Source: Paludibacteraceae bacterium
Lineage (GTDB): Bacteria; Bacteroidota; Bacteroidia; Bacteroidales; Paludibacteraceae
Reading direction: 5' to 3'
DNA: 58,239 nucleotides
Assembly: GCA_024401515.1 (NCBI GenBank)
Contig: JAKSKY010000001.1
Coordinates: forward strand, 1-58,239
Shown: piece by piece, positions 21,223 to 28,609 of the stretch
Layout: each line of letters starts with the position of its first letter
How positions within the stretch are numbered: the first letter of the stretch is position 1
Notes under the pieces: model-generated
The model's input: only the letters and a program-made list of their open reading frames with translations
Told to the model about the DNA's origin: nothing
The model's database searches: none
Made by a program: the position numbers and the translations under genes

Positions 21223-21247
21223 GGCATACATTTGTATGCCTTTTTTT
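21223..21247. terminator. Bidirectional terminator between guaB and the yhcH-like gene
   Basis: Perfect 8-bp stem ggcataca/tgtatgcc with a 2-nt loop. A6 lies upstream and T7 downstream. Confidence 0.75.
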
Positions 21248-21271
21248 GTTACCTGACATCCGAATACCATT

Positions 21272-21712
21272 TCATACCCGAATCTTCATTACAATCTTTT
21301 TGGTCATTCCCTCGCCTAAAATAGGCATGTGGCCATCTTGTGGAAAGAAGATCACAAAGGAGCCTACCCGCAAATCCAATGTGGTCGCTAGCGGAGCATC
21401 GTAGAAAGCAATGTCTTTACCCTCTCTCACCTCCACAGGACTACCCAACAAAGAACGATCAATATAACCGACCTTTTCGTTCGCAGTCAAAGGAATCTGA
21501 ATGTCGATATACTCGTCATGCGTCTCATAACGAGCTTCCTCCACAGGTCGCAAAGAGACTTCATCCACATTAATATACATATCCTCATCCACAATGATTT
21601 TCCCCTTGGTCAACTGGGAGAAATCCAATTTCTTTAAGCAATTGAAAGCCTTTGGGAATCGCGGATGAAGCGAGACATACATCGTTAGATTTTCGAGAGA
21701 ATCTATGACCAT
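21272..21712 (-). CDS. YhcH/YjgK/YiaL (DUF386) family protein
   Basis: 146-aa cupin-like protein. The N-terminus (L.NL..Y..LHP.F..AF..L) is typical of the family. Confidence 0.6.
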   Translation of the reverse strand: MVIDSLENLTMYVSLHPRFPKAFNCLKKLDFSQLTKGKIIVDEDMYINVDEVSLRPVEEARYETHDEYIDIQIPLTANEKVGYIDRSLLGSPVEVREGKDIAFYDAPLATTLDLRVGSFVIFFPQDGHMPILGEGMTKKIVMKIRV

Positions 21713-21715
21713 CGA

Positions 21716-22264
21716 TTATTTCTTGAAATAACGGTTAAACAAGCCCTCAAATCCCTTACCGTGACGAGCCTCGTCCTTAGCCATCTCATGAACGGTATCG
21801 TGGATAGCATCCAAATCCAACTTCTTCGCGCGAGCAGCGATACGCATCTTATCCGCGCAAGCACCTGACTCTGCGTTCATACGCTTCTCCAAGTTAGTCT
21901 TGGTATCCCAAACTACATCACCCAAAAGTTCAGCGAACTTAGCAGCGTGCTCAGCCTCTTCCCAAGCATATCTCTTGAATGCCTCAGCCACTTCTGGATA
22001 ACCCTCACGGTCTGCTTGACGGCTCATAGCAAGGTACATACCAACCTCTGTGCACTCGCCCATAAAGTGAGCGTTCAAATCCTTGATCATCTCCTCGTCA
22101 CAACCCTTTGCGACGCCAATCACGTGCTCTGTCACGAAAGACAATGGAGCGCTCTCGTCCAACTTTTGGAACTTGTTTGCAGGAACCTTACATTGAGGGC
22201 ACTTCTCTGGTGCAGCGTCTCCCTCGTGAACATAACCACATACGGAACAAATGAATTTTGCCAT
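21716..22264 (-). CDS. rbr: Rubrerythrin with reversed domain order (N-terminal rubredoxin-like, C-terminal diiron ferritin-like)
   Basis: CSVCG...CPQC at the N-terminus. Two ExxH diiron motifs follow ([18 protein letters not shown]). Confidence 0.85.
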   Translation of the reverse strand: MAKFICSVCGYVHEGDAAPEKCPQCKVPANKFQKLDESAPLSFVTEHVIGVAKGCDEEMIKDLNAHFMGECTEVGMYLAMSRQADREGYPEVAEAFKRYAWEEAEHAAKFAELLGDVVWDTKTNLEKRMNAESGACADKMRIAARAKKLDLDAIHDTVHEMAKDEARHGKGFEGLFNRYFKK

Positions 22265-22284
22265 AATTATAAATCTTTTAAATA

Positions 22285-22701
22285 TTAATAGTTAGAATTA
22301 GTTTCAGCTTCGTTGCACGCCTCGCAAAGGCCATGCAGATAGACTAGAACCTCTTTCACGGACAGTCCCTTGGGAACATCCACCTCAGGCGCATTCTTGA
22401 GATCCAAATCAGCCACGCAACCGCAACGAGAACACAAAAAATGCGCATGCGGATGGGTATAGCCATCAAATCTCGCGTTCTTATGGTCAATAGATAGATA
22501 CAGAACAGCTCCCTTCTCGTGAAAGTGTTTCAGTGTATTGTAAACTGTTGTCTTTGACAACGTGGGAATCGACTCCTTCAGGTTCTCAAAGATCTCATCA
22601 GACGTAGGATGGGTACGATGCGACAAGAGATATTCCATGATGGATAATCTCTGCGCCGATGGCCTAATGCCATATTTCACCAAATGGTCATATGCTCTCA
22701 T
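22285..22701 (-). CDS. Fur-family transcriptional repressor, PerR-like
   Basis: 138 aa. Winged-helix N-domain, a HxH-containing region and two CxxC pairs (CSRCGC, CEAC). Directly upstream of rubrerythrin. Confidence 0.8.
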   Translation of the reverse strand: MRAYDHLVKYGIRPSAQRLSIMEYLLSHRTHPTSDEIFENLKESIPTLSKTTVYNTLKHFHEKGAVLYLSIDHKNARFDGYTHPHAHFLCSRCGCVADLDLKNAPEVDVPKGLSVKEVLVYLHGLCEACNEAETNSNY

Positions 22702-22714
22702 CCTACTACAAAAT

Positions 22715-22746
22715 TTGTAATGATTACAATTTTATAACGATTACAA
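22715..22746. promoter_or_regulatory. Two tandem Fur/PerR-type 7-1-7 operator boxes
   Basis: Box 1, TTGTAATGATTACAA (22715..22729), is a perfect 7-1-7 palindrome. Box 2, TTATAACGATTACAA (22732..22746), matches 5/7 plus 7/7. Both lie between the -7 element and the perR-like start. Confidence 0.65.
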
Positions 22747-22751
22747 ATATA
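22744..22751 (-). promoter_or_regulatory. -7 promoter element (TATATTTG) of the perR-like/rbr operon
   Basis: TAnnTTTG match on the minus strand. It overlaps operator box 2 by 3 nt. Confidence 0.45.
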
Positions 22752-22803
22752 CAATTATTATACAATCCGACAAATTATTCAGGGAAAAATCTTATCTTTG
22801 CCA

Positions 22804-22811
22804 CGTTAATT
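22804..22811 (+). promoter_or_regulatory. -7 promoter element (TATCTTTG) of the SDR gene
   Basis: TAnnTTTG match 32 nt upstream of the 22843 start. Confidence 0.4.
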
Positions 22812-22842
22812 AAAAGATAAATGTTTCTAATCAATCTAAAGT

Positions 22843-23571
22843 ATGAAAACGAATGTAAAAGGCAAATGGGCCCTTGTTACAGGAGCTAACCGCGGAATCG
22901 GTTACCGTGTAACCAAATTCATGGCATCTCAAGGTTGTAATTTGATTCTACACAGCCGCAGTTTGGAGCACACCCAAAAGGTTTGCGAAGAGGTGAAGGC
23001 TATGGGTGTGGAGGCTTACTGCGTAGCAGCGGAACTTTCCAACCCAGTTGAGGTGGAGAAGATGATCCAAGAGATCAAGGCAAAGGGCACACAAGTGGAC
23101 CTATTGTTCAACAACGCGGCGGTACAAATCGCTTACCGCACTGAGTATTTCAAAACTCCAGTAGAGGACTACTCTACCAGTTTCCACATCAATACCATCG
23201 CTCCGATGATGTTGTGCTACGCTTTCGTCCCAGATATGATCAAGCGTGGATTCGGTCGTGTCATCAACACAACCAGCGGTATCAAGAACGAGCCACAACA
23301 AGCAGGCTACTCCGCAAGTAAAGCTGCCCTTGACAAGGTAACAACCGATTTGGCAGGCACTGTGGATGGAACAGATGTGATCATCAGCTTAGCTGATCCA
23401 GGATGGTGCAGAACCGATTTAGGAGGACCTAAGGCTCCTAACGATCCAGACTCCGCTATTCCAGGTATGGTACTAGGCGCTTTCGTCAACGACAAGAAGA
23501 GCGGTAGATTCTTCTCCGCGCAAGATTATGCGGGCTTGACGCTTGACGAGGCTTTAGCCAAACTGAAATAA
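22843..23571 (+). CDS. SDR-family oxidoreductase
   Basis: TGANRGIG cofactor motif, NNAA motif, and catalytic YxxxK (YSASK). Confidence 0.85.
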   Translation: MKTNVKGKWALVTGANRGIGYRVTKFMASQGCNLILHSRSLEHTQKVCEEVKAMGVEAYCVAAELSNPVEVEKMIQEIKAKGTQVDLLFNNAAVQIAYRTEYFKTPVEDYSTSFHINTIAPMMLCYAFVPDMIKRGFGRVINTTSGIKNEPQQAGYSASKAALDKVTTDLAGTVDGTDVIISLADPGWCRTDLGGPKAPNDPDSAIPGMVLGAFVNDKKSGRFFSAQDYAGLTLDEALAKLK

Positions 23572-23603
23572 TCAGTTAATTCACACAAAACAAAAAGCAA
23601 AAG

Positions 23604-23619
23604 AAAAGGCAGCCAATTC
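23604..23619. terminator. Left half of a host terminator hairpin split by the insertion
   Basis: aaaaggcag-c-caat pairs with attg-a-ctgcctttt at 29450..29463 once 23620..29447 is removed. Confidence 0.65.
23616..23619. repeat. Target-site duplication, left copy (ATTC)
   Basis: The same 4 nt abut the outer ends of both inverted repeats. Confidence 0.65.
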
Positions 23620-23644
23620 TGATATGAACCCCGAAAGTTAGACA
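23620..23644 (+). repeat. IRL (TGATATGAACCCCGAAAGTTAGACA)
   Basis: Matches the reverse complement of 29419..29443 (TGAGGTGACCCCGAAAAGTTGGACA) at about 21 positions, with two 1-nt indels. The CCCCnAAAGTTnGACA core is as I recall for IS150-group ends. Confidence 0.75.
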
Positions 23645-23660
23645 AAAAACTTTCGGGGTT
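23627..23660 (+). promoter_or_regulatory. Perfect 13-bp hairpin formed by IRL and an internal complement, 6 nt upstream of orfA
   Basis: AACCCCGAAAGTT, 8-nt loop, AACTTTCGGGGTT, then TATTTATG. Confidence 0.6.
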
Positions 23661-23665
23661 TATTT

Positions 23666-24199
23666 ATGACACAAAGAAAGAAACACTCGTATGCGGATAG
23701 ATTGAAATATATGCATATGCTTGAAGATGGATATTCCAATGGCTATATCCACAAACATTATGGCATAGGACATAGTTTATTGTCTGTGTTATGGAGACGA
23801 TATCAAAAAGAAGGTTGTGCTGTTCTGAAAAAGAAAACATCCACAAGGGCCACAGCAAAAATAAAACTCAAAGCGATCCTTGACTATGAGAAAAAACATT
23901 TACCTTTGGTGGATGTGATGTCGAAGTACGACATTAGCGAGAGTGCTCTATTAGCCTGGTGCCGGAAGTATCATTCAGGTGGCGTAGAGAGCCTTCGCAA
24001 GAAAGGAACTAAAGTCAGACCACCAGTTATGGGCAGACCAAAGAAAAAGACAGTAGAGGAAATGACTGAACTTGAGCGACTCCAAAAAGAGAACCAGGAG
24101 CTCAAAACAGAGATTGCCCTACTAAAAAAAGTGAGAGCCTTAGTAGAGGAAAGGAATGCCCGACTAAGAGAGATTGGGCACGGGCCATCGAAGAACTAA
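23666..24199 (+). CDS. IS3-family transposase OrfA (HTH plus leucine zipper)
   Basis: 177 aa. HTH regions, then GRPKKK ... ELERLQKENQELKTEIALLKKVRALVEE. The A AAA AAA slippery heptamer is in the correct frame. Confidence 0.85.
   Translation: MTQRKKHSYADRLKYMHMLEDGYSNGYIHKHYGIGHSLLSVLWRRYQKEGCAVLKKKTSTRATAKIKLKAILDYEKKHLPLVDVMSKYDISESALLAWCRKYHSGGVESLRKKGTKVRPPVMGRPKKKTVEEMTELERLQKENQELKTEIALLKKVRALVEERNARLREIGHGPSKN
24124..24130 (+). promoter_or_regulatory. Programmed -1 frameshift heptamer A AAA AAA
   Basis: The zero frame reads CTA AAA AAA GTG. The -1 frame continues into an OrfB-like sequence (..RAIEELRRGGH). Confidence 0.6.
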
Positions 24200-24222
24200 G
24201 GCGAGGAGGCCATCTTTATTAA
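24130..24222 (+). pseudogene. N-terminal stub of IS3 OrfB (about 30 codons, -1 frame)
   Basis: The -1 frame reads SESLSRGKECPTKRDWARAIEELRRGGHLY*. The typical IS3 OrfB N-terminus (..I.ELR..) is cut off before the DDE domain. Confidence 0.6.
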
Positions 24223-24299
24223 ATAATTCGACTCGTTTTTTTGAGTCTTATATAAAAGATTTTAAACTAAATTTAAACAATTTCTTAATCTTTTTATAT

Positions 24300-24680
24300 A
24301 TGAATACAGAAGAATCGCAAAATGTTGCAAATGTGAGTGCTGAACAATGGGCTGAGGCAAAAAAGATCGCACAGGATTTTATTGTGAATAAAAATGCCTC
24401 CGCACCTTGGACCATCAACAAATTGGTAGAGTGTGGATTTGAAAAAAGTGTCGCTGAATCAGTGGTTGAGTCTATCATGGTGCCAATTCTAAAGAAGAAG
24501 GCTGCCGATGAGGCTGCTAGTCAGGATTTGCTTTGGGGAGCTGTCGCCTTGTTTGGTGGAACAGGTCTTTTGATTGTGGAATTGATGTTCATGCCTAAAG
24601 TACATATCATTTTGTTCTTGGCGCCAGTATATGGTATCTACAGACTGATCAAGGGAATTTTTGGGAAAGTAAAGAAATAA
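24300..24680 (+). CDS. Small membrane protein (soluble N-domain plus two C-terminal TM helices), function unknown
   Basis: 126 aa from the ATG at 24300. TM segments LLWGAVALFGGTGLLIVELMF and VHIILFLAPVYGIYRLI. The track's upstream extension to 24174 runs into IS sequence. Confidence 0.5.
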   Translation: MNTEESQNVANVSAEQWAEAKKIAQDFIVNKNASAPWTINKLVECGFEKSVAESVVESIMVPILKKKAADEAASQDLLWGAVALFGGTGLLIVELMFMPKVHIILFLAPVYGIYRLIKGIFGKVKK

Positions 24681-25011
24681 GGTGATGTTGACGTTGAGCG
24701 AAGTCTAATGCACGGAGGTTCAACATATACGGAATTATCAGACTTAAATCCACATCGATTGGTCCTTTTGTCGTAATTATCCGATAAAGGGGAATCCGAA
24801 CAATCTCTAACAAACATGAGAATACTATTTTTATTTCTTTCGATTATAGTCTCGCAAGCAATATTCTCCCAGGTTAAAGAACTATATCCAACCAAGGTGG
24901 AGAAACTTCCTTTTACAGCACACACTAAGGTTCAATATTGAAATGTGAATACCAAGGGATGGTTTGGGTAGATTTCATCCATCAATTTTGAAAACTAAAA
25001 AAGTAAAACTT

Positions 25012-26577
25012 ATGAATAGGATAAAGCGTTTTTTACTGGCAATATGCGGACTGGTTGCTGTTGCTAATACCAGCGCGAAGGAGTATGAGGTGAGAACTAC
25101 CTGTCCGGAAAGTGTCAAGTTGGGAGAATCTTTCAAGATTGCGTACCAGCTTGCAGTTGATAGTTTGCAGAATAAAGCTACCATCGGCAAGGTTAATGTG
25201 GAGAATGGTCAGATCACATACGGGCCTAAGATGGCCACCTCTACGAACGTTAGTGTGATTGGTGGCAAGTTTTCAAAGAATACTACCTATACATTCAATT
25301 TAGCCATACAAGCCAATGACAAGGATGTTGTCATCGAGCCTGTCGATTTTGATGTTTTGCTTTCAGATTCGGTGGTTGGCCATGCCAAGTCAGAAAGACT
25401 TGTGGTAAAGGTTGATTCTGTAGGAGAAGTAAAAAGGGAACAAATAATTGAATACGACAGCATCAAACCAGATGACATATTTGTCAAATGGGAATGCAGT
25501 AGAGACAAAATTACGTTAGGCGATACCATACAATGCGTATGCAATTTATATTATGATGTTTCCGGTTTGGATGTAGTTCATTTTGAAATGAGCAATTTCG
25601 ATGATTGTCTAGTTCTTTGTGATACCATGGGAAATTCGGATGAGAGAACAAAAAAGGTTAATTTAAATGGCCGGGAATATGACTGTTATACTTTGCTCCG
25701 GTATGTTTTGAAACCATTGAGGACAGGTACATTCAGCGTTGATGGCGGGGAAGCGACATTGGCAGTGCGTGTCAGGGAAAAACCCAAGAAAAACGCTATC
25801 TTTCCGGATGTTTTTTTTACAGTGTACCATAAAAAAGTGGAATATCAAACGAGGGTGGCTGGAGCCTCATTTAAAGTGAAGGGCAAGACAAAGCCAATCA
25901 AGAGTCAGCGGGTAAAAGGGACGGATGATGTCTATCTCTTGTGTAAGATGTCCCTATCTATGAATACTTTGGATTTCACGCCTGACCGTAAAGGTGCAGT
26001 TGCCAATTTTGCGGAGTCATGGTTCAAGAAGGTAGAGCACAGTGGATATGCGACATTCGCATCTTGTATCGGGACAATTTCCAAACCGAACGAGAAGCCA
26101 AGCAAAATAGACACCTCAATTAGTTGCGATCGTCCGGGTACCGCAACAGGAGACGCATTGCTCAAGTTGTCAGAGTCTGTGGAGAAGTGTAAGGATATTA
26201 TTATCATTACAGACGGTCCAAGTAATACAGGGCGTTTCTCTCTAAATACAGCCTTGGAGATTGTCCGCAGCAAGGGCATACGTGTCAGCTTTGTCTATGT
26301 GAATTCAGGTACAGATAAGGTTGATTACATGATAGATGGTAAAAAGGAGAGCTTGGGTAATTATACCCTCAAAGAGAAGGATATCAACAAGATACGAGAG
26401 GCAGTTGAGTCCACAGGCGGTATATTCGTTGAGGCTAAGAGTAATGATGAATTGCTTGGACTCTTACCACAGTTGAAGGCGTTGGTCTCTTCAAAGAGGG
26501 AATGTCCGAAAGCCGATGGTTGTCTTTATGACGCAAAACTGGTGAAGGAGGGTCTGGAGCTCTTGAAGGAGGAGTGA
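25012..26577 (+). CDS. Secreted BatD-like N-region fused to a vWA-like domain with a non-canonical MIDAS
   Basis: Signal peptide MNRIKRFLLAICGLVAVANTSA. BatD-like segments (VKLGESFKIAYQL; ITLGDTIQCVCNLYY ... LRYVLKPLRTGTF). vWA landmarks DVYLLCKMSLSM, GTATGDAL and IIIITDGPSN. Confidence 0.55.
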   Translation: MNRIKRFLLAICGLVAVANTSAKEYEVRTTCPESVKLGESFKIAYQLAVDSLQNKATIGKVNVENGQITYGPKMATSTNVSVIGGKFSKNTTYTFNLAIQANDKDVVIEPVDFDVLLSDSVVGHAKSERLVVKVDSVGEVKREQIIEYDSIKPDDIFVKWECSRDKITLGDTIQCVCNLYYDVSGLDVVHFEMSNFDDCLVLCDTMGNSDERTKKVNLNGREYDCYTLLRYVLKPLRTGTFSVDGGEATLAVRVREKPKKNAIFPDVFFTVYHKKVEYQTRVAGASFKVKGKTKPIKSQRVKGTDDVYLLCKMSLSMNTLDFTPDRKGAVANFAESWFKKVEHSGYATFASCIGTISKPNEKPSKIDTSISCDRPGTATGDALLKLSESVEKCKDIIIITDGPSNTGRFSLNTALEIVRSKGIRVSFVYVNSGTDKVDYMIDGKKESLGNYTLKEKDINKIREAVESTGGIFVEAKSNDELLGLLPQLKALVSSKRECPKADGCLYDAKLVKEGLELLKEE

Positions 26578-26668
26578 TGCGTGGTCTTTTGCGGGCGGCC
26601 ATAAGGGCCTCATTAAGAATAGAAAAACGATGCGCAAGGATAGCCGAGTTTATTAAGTAAAGAACGGA

Positions 26669-27436
26669 ATGAAACGAATAATTATCAATGCGGACGACTT
26701 TGGTCTTCATAAGGAGGGCGATCTTCATATTGCTCGCTTTATGGAGAGAGGATTTGTTTCAAGCACTTCGGTGGTGGCCAATGGGACGGATTTAGAGAGT
26801 GTGATTCAATGGGTCAAGTCGTTCCCCGATATTTCATATGGGATACATCTGAATCTCACGGATGGTGCGCCATTGACTCAAAGCCAATTGCTTTTGGATA
26901 TGGGTTTTTTCAAGGAGATCAATGGGAAAGTGCTATTCAATGGTAGACAATTCGCACGCGAATGGTTGACGAAAGAAGAGCGAAAGGATATCTTTACGGA
27001 GTTGGTGGCGCAAGTTAGTCGGTTGCGAGATTTAGGAATCGAATTATCTCATATGGATAGCCATCATCATATACATACCGCATACTTCATGTATCCTATA
27101 TTGCCGGATTTGTGCGATAAGGTAAAACTTTATAAGGTGCGGAACATAAGGAATTGTTATAGTCGTTTTTCGTTGACGCAAAAAGTCAGAAAACTGTGGG
27201 GAATGGGTCTCCGTATCCAAAATCGGAAGATTCAATTCCCTGATATGTTCTGTGATTTGATGACATATGCACATGCGTTGGAAAAGAATGCCAATGCCTT
27301 TTCTGCTGATGAGGTGGTGGAGTTGGAGTGTCATCCAGGCAGTGTAAAATGTAGATTGAAGGAGGAACCATTGTTTGAGAGAGTCCAGGTGGAGCAATGG
27401 AGCCAACGACGTCTTATTTCATACAAAGAACTGTGA
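26669..27436 (+). CDS. YdjC/ChbG-family carbohydrate deacetylase
   Basis: N-terminal IINADDFG motif, GIHLNLTDG, and a later SHMDSHHHIH segment. Length of 255 aa is typical. Confidence 0.8.
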   Translation: MKRIIINADDFGLHKEGDLHIARFMERGFVSSTSVVANGTDLESVIQWVKSFPDISYGIHLNLTDGAPLTQSQLLLDMGFFKEINGKVLFNGRQFAREWLTKEERKDIFTELVAQVSRLRDLGIELSHMDSHHHIHTAYFMYPILPDLCDKVKLYKVRNIRNCYSRFSLTQKVRKLWGMGLRIQNRKIQFPDMFCDLMTYAHALEKNANAFSADEVVELECHPGSVKCRLKEEPLFERVQVEQWSQRRLISYKEL

Positions 27437-27566
27437 TAGAGGTTGTAAATAAATATTACATACAAAGATTATATGCCCAAGAACTGAAATAGAATGATTG
27501 GTGACATGCGGTGTTTTGATTCGACTATTCAAGGAATAATATGCCTTTAAAACTCAAAGTAAAACA

Positions 27567-27977
27567 ATGAAAAAGATTGTGTTTGGTATATTTGTATTGT
27601 TGCTCTTTGTGGGAGGATATTGGTTAAAAGTCTGTACTTCAGAAACAATACAAATAAGTGAGAATACAGAGTTAAAATCTAAAGTTAATAGTAATTATAT
27701 GGAGCAGAATTTATTTTTGAAAGCTGTTGAACAGGATGAAATCATAGCATATTTTTCAGGTGAAGGGGAATATTCTATACATATTCCACGTACTCCTCAT
27801 TGGGGATATGAGGATAATGGAGAACATTTTTATGCTGAATCCTTTTCGGGAATGGAGTCTTGTGTCGTCAATAATTTAATAAGTGAAGAAAAATTGTATG
27901 ATGAATTGGATCGAAGTTTTACGAGTTGTTTAAGAAACAATCCTACAATAGATGTATTTTTTGATGTCATATATTAA
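27567..27977 (+). CDS. Hypothetical N-terminally membrane-anchored or secreted protein
   Basis: 136 aa. Hydrophobic N-terminus KKIVFGIFVLLLFVGGYWL. No recognisable domain. A+T-rich. Confidence 0.45.
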   Translation: MKKIVFGIFVLLLFVGGYWLKVCTSETIQISENTELKSKVNSNYMEQNLFLKAVEQDEIIAYFSGEGEYSIHIPRTPHWGYEDNGEHFYAESFSGMESCVVNNLISEEKLYDELDRSFTSCLRNNPTIDVFFDVIY

Positions 27978-28210
27978 ACACGATCTATCTAATTCACAAA
28001 AATGATGAAGATAGCTTCAAAAAGGAGTGGGTCTATTCCGATCATCTTATAGAATCGTTATTGGAAGAAAAAGCAACAAGAAAAAAAGGATTTAGAAAAA
28101 ATCCAAGAAATACAACGTTTCCTGAATTGGTTTAATGAGAATCAGATGAATGGGAAACTTGGCGAGATTTGTCAATAGCATGGGCGTAATACAATTTAAA
28201 TTTAAGAATT

Positions 28211-28609
28211 ATGAAAAGCATTGTAACAACTATTATCTCTCTTTTATTAATGGTTCCGGTATTTGCGCAAAATAGTTCAACTACTTCTGAATTAGTTCCT
28301 CTATTCGTTGTCAAAACTAGTGTCGAAGGAGGTATGCACGAAATTATTGGTCAAACTGGCAAAGATATTTTTCATATCAATAAAGAGACAGGAGAAGTTA
28401 AGTTATTATATTATGAAAAATACATCAATCTCAGTCGTCAGGAATCAAGCGAAGATGTCGCTGAGGCTGGTAAGATTAATTATCAGTTAGTGATATCTTC
28501 CAACGAAGTTTATCTTATGAACATTAATACTGGCGTTATTTGGTATTTGAAGAGCGCTGGCCTTACACACTCCAAAGATAAGTTCATTCTGATTACAGAA
28601 AAGAAATGA
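28211..28609 (+). CDS. Hypothetical secreted protein
   Basis: 132 aa. Signal peptide MKSIVTTIISLLLMVPVFAQ. The stop overlaps the next start (ATGA). Confidence 0.5.
   Translation: MKSIVTTIISLLLMVPVFAQNSSTTSELVPLFVVKTSVEGGMHEIIGQTGKDIFHINKETGEVKLLYYEKYINLSRQESSEDVAEAGKINYQLVISSNEVYLMNINTGVIWYLKSAGLTHSKDKFILITEKK

Noticed and set aside
23627-23660. The 13-bp hairpin as the native terminator of the SDR gene.
   Set aside because: Its left arm is part of IRL, so it belongs to the inserted element. The native terminator is the split hairpin reconstructed from 23604..23619 and 29448..29463.
24174-24299. Upstream extension of the first cargo ORF (track start at 24174, giving 168 aa).
   Set aside because: The extension begins inside the IS OrfA/OrfB overlap region and reads MGTGHRRTKARRPSLLNNS..., which is not protein-like. 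I prefer the internal ATG at 24300 (MNTEESQ...).
24638-24925. 95-aa minus-strand ORF in the gap between the first two cargo genes.
   Set aside because: It is antisense to every other gene in the element. Its composition is Ser/Cys/Arg-rich with no motifs, and it overlaps the 3' end of the 24300..24680 gene. Probably spurious.
28002-28052. ATG-initiated ORF MMKIASKRSGSIPIIL* in the 27978..28210 spacer.
   Set aside because: It is only 16 codons. My first reading, which joined it to the longer KEWVYSDHL... frame, was a miscount of an A-run; the two are in different frames.
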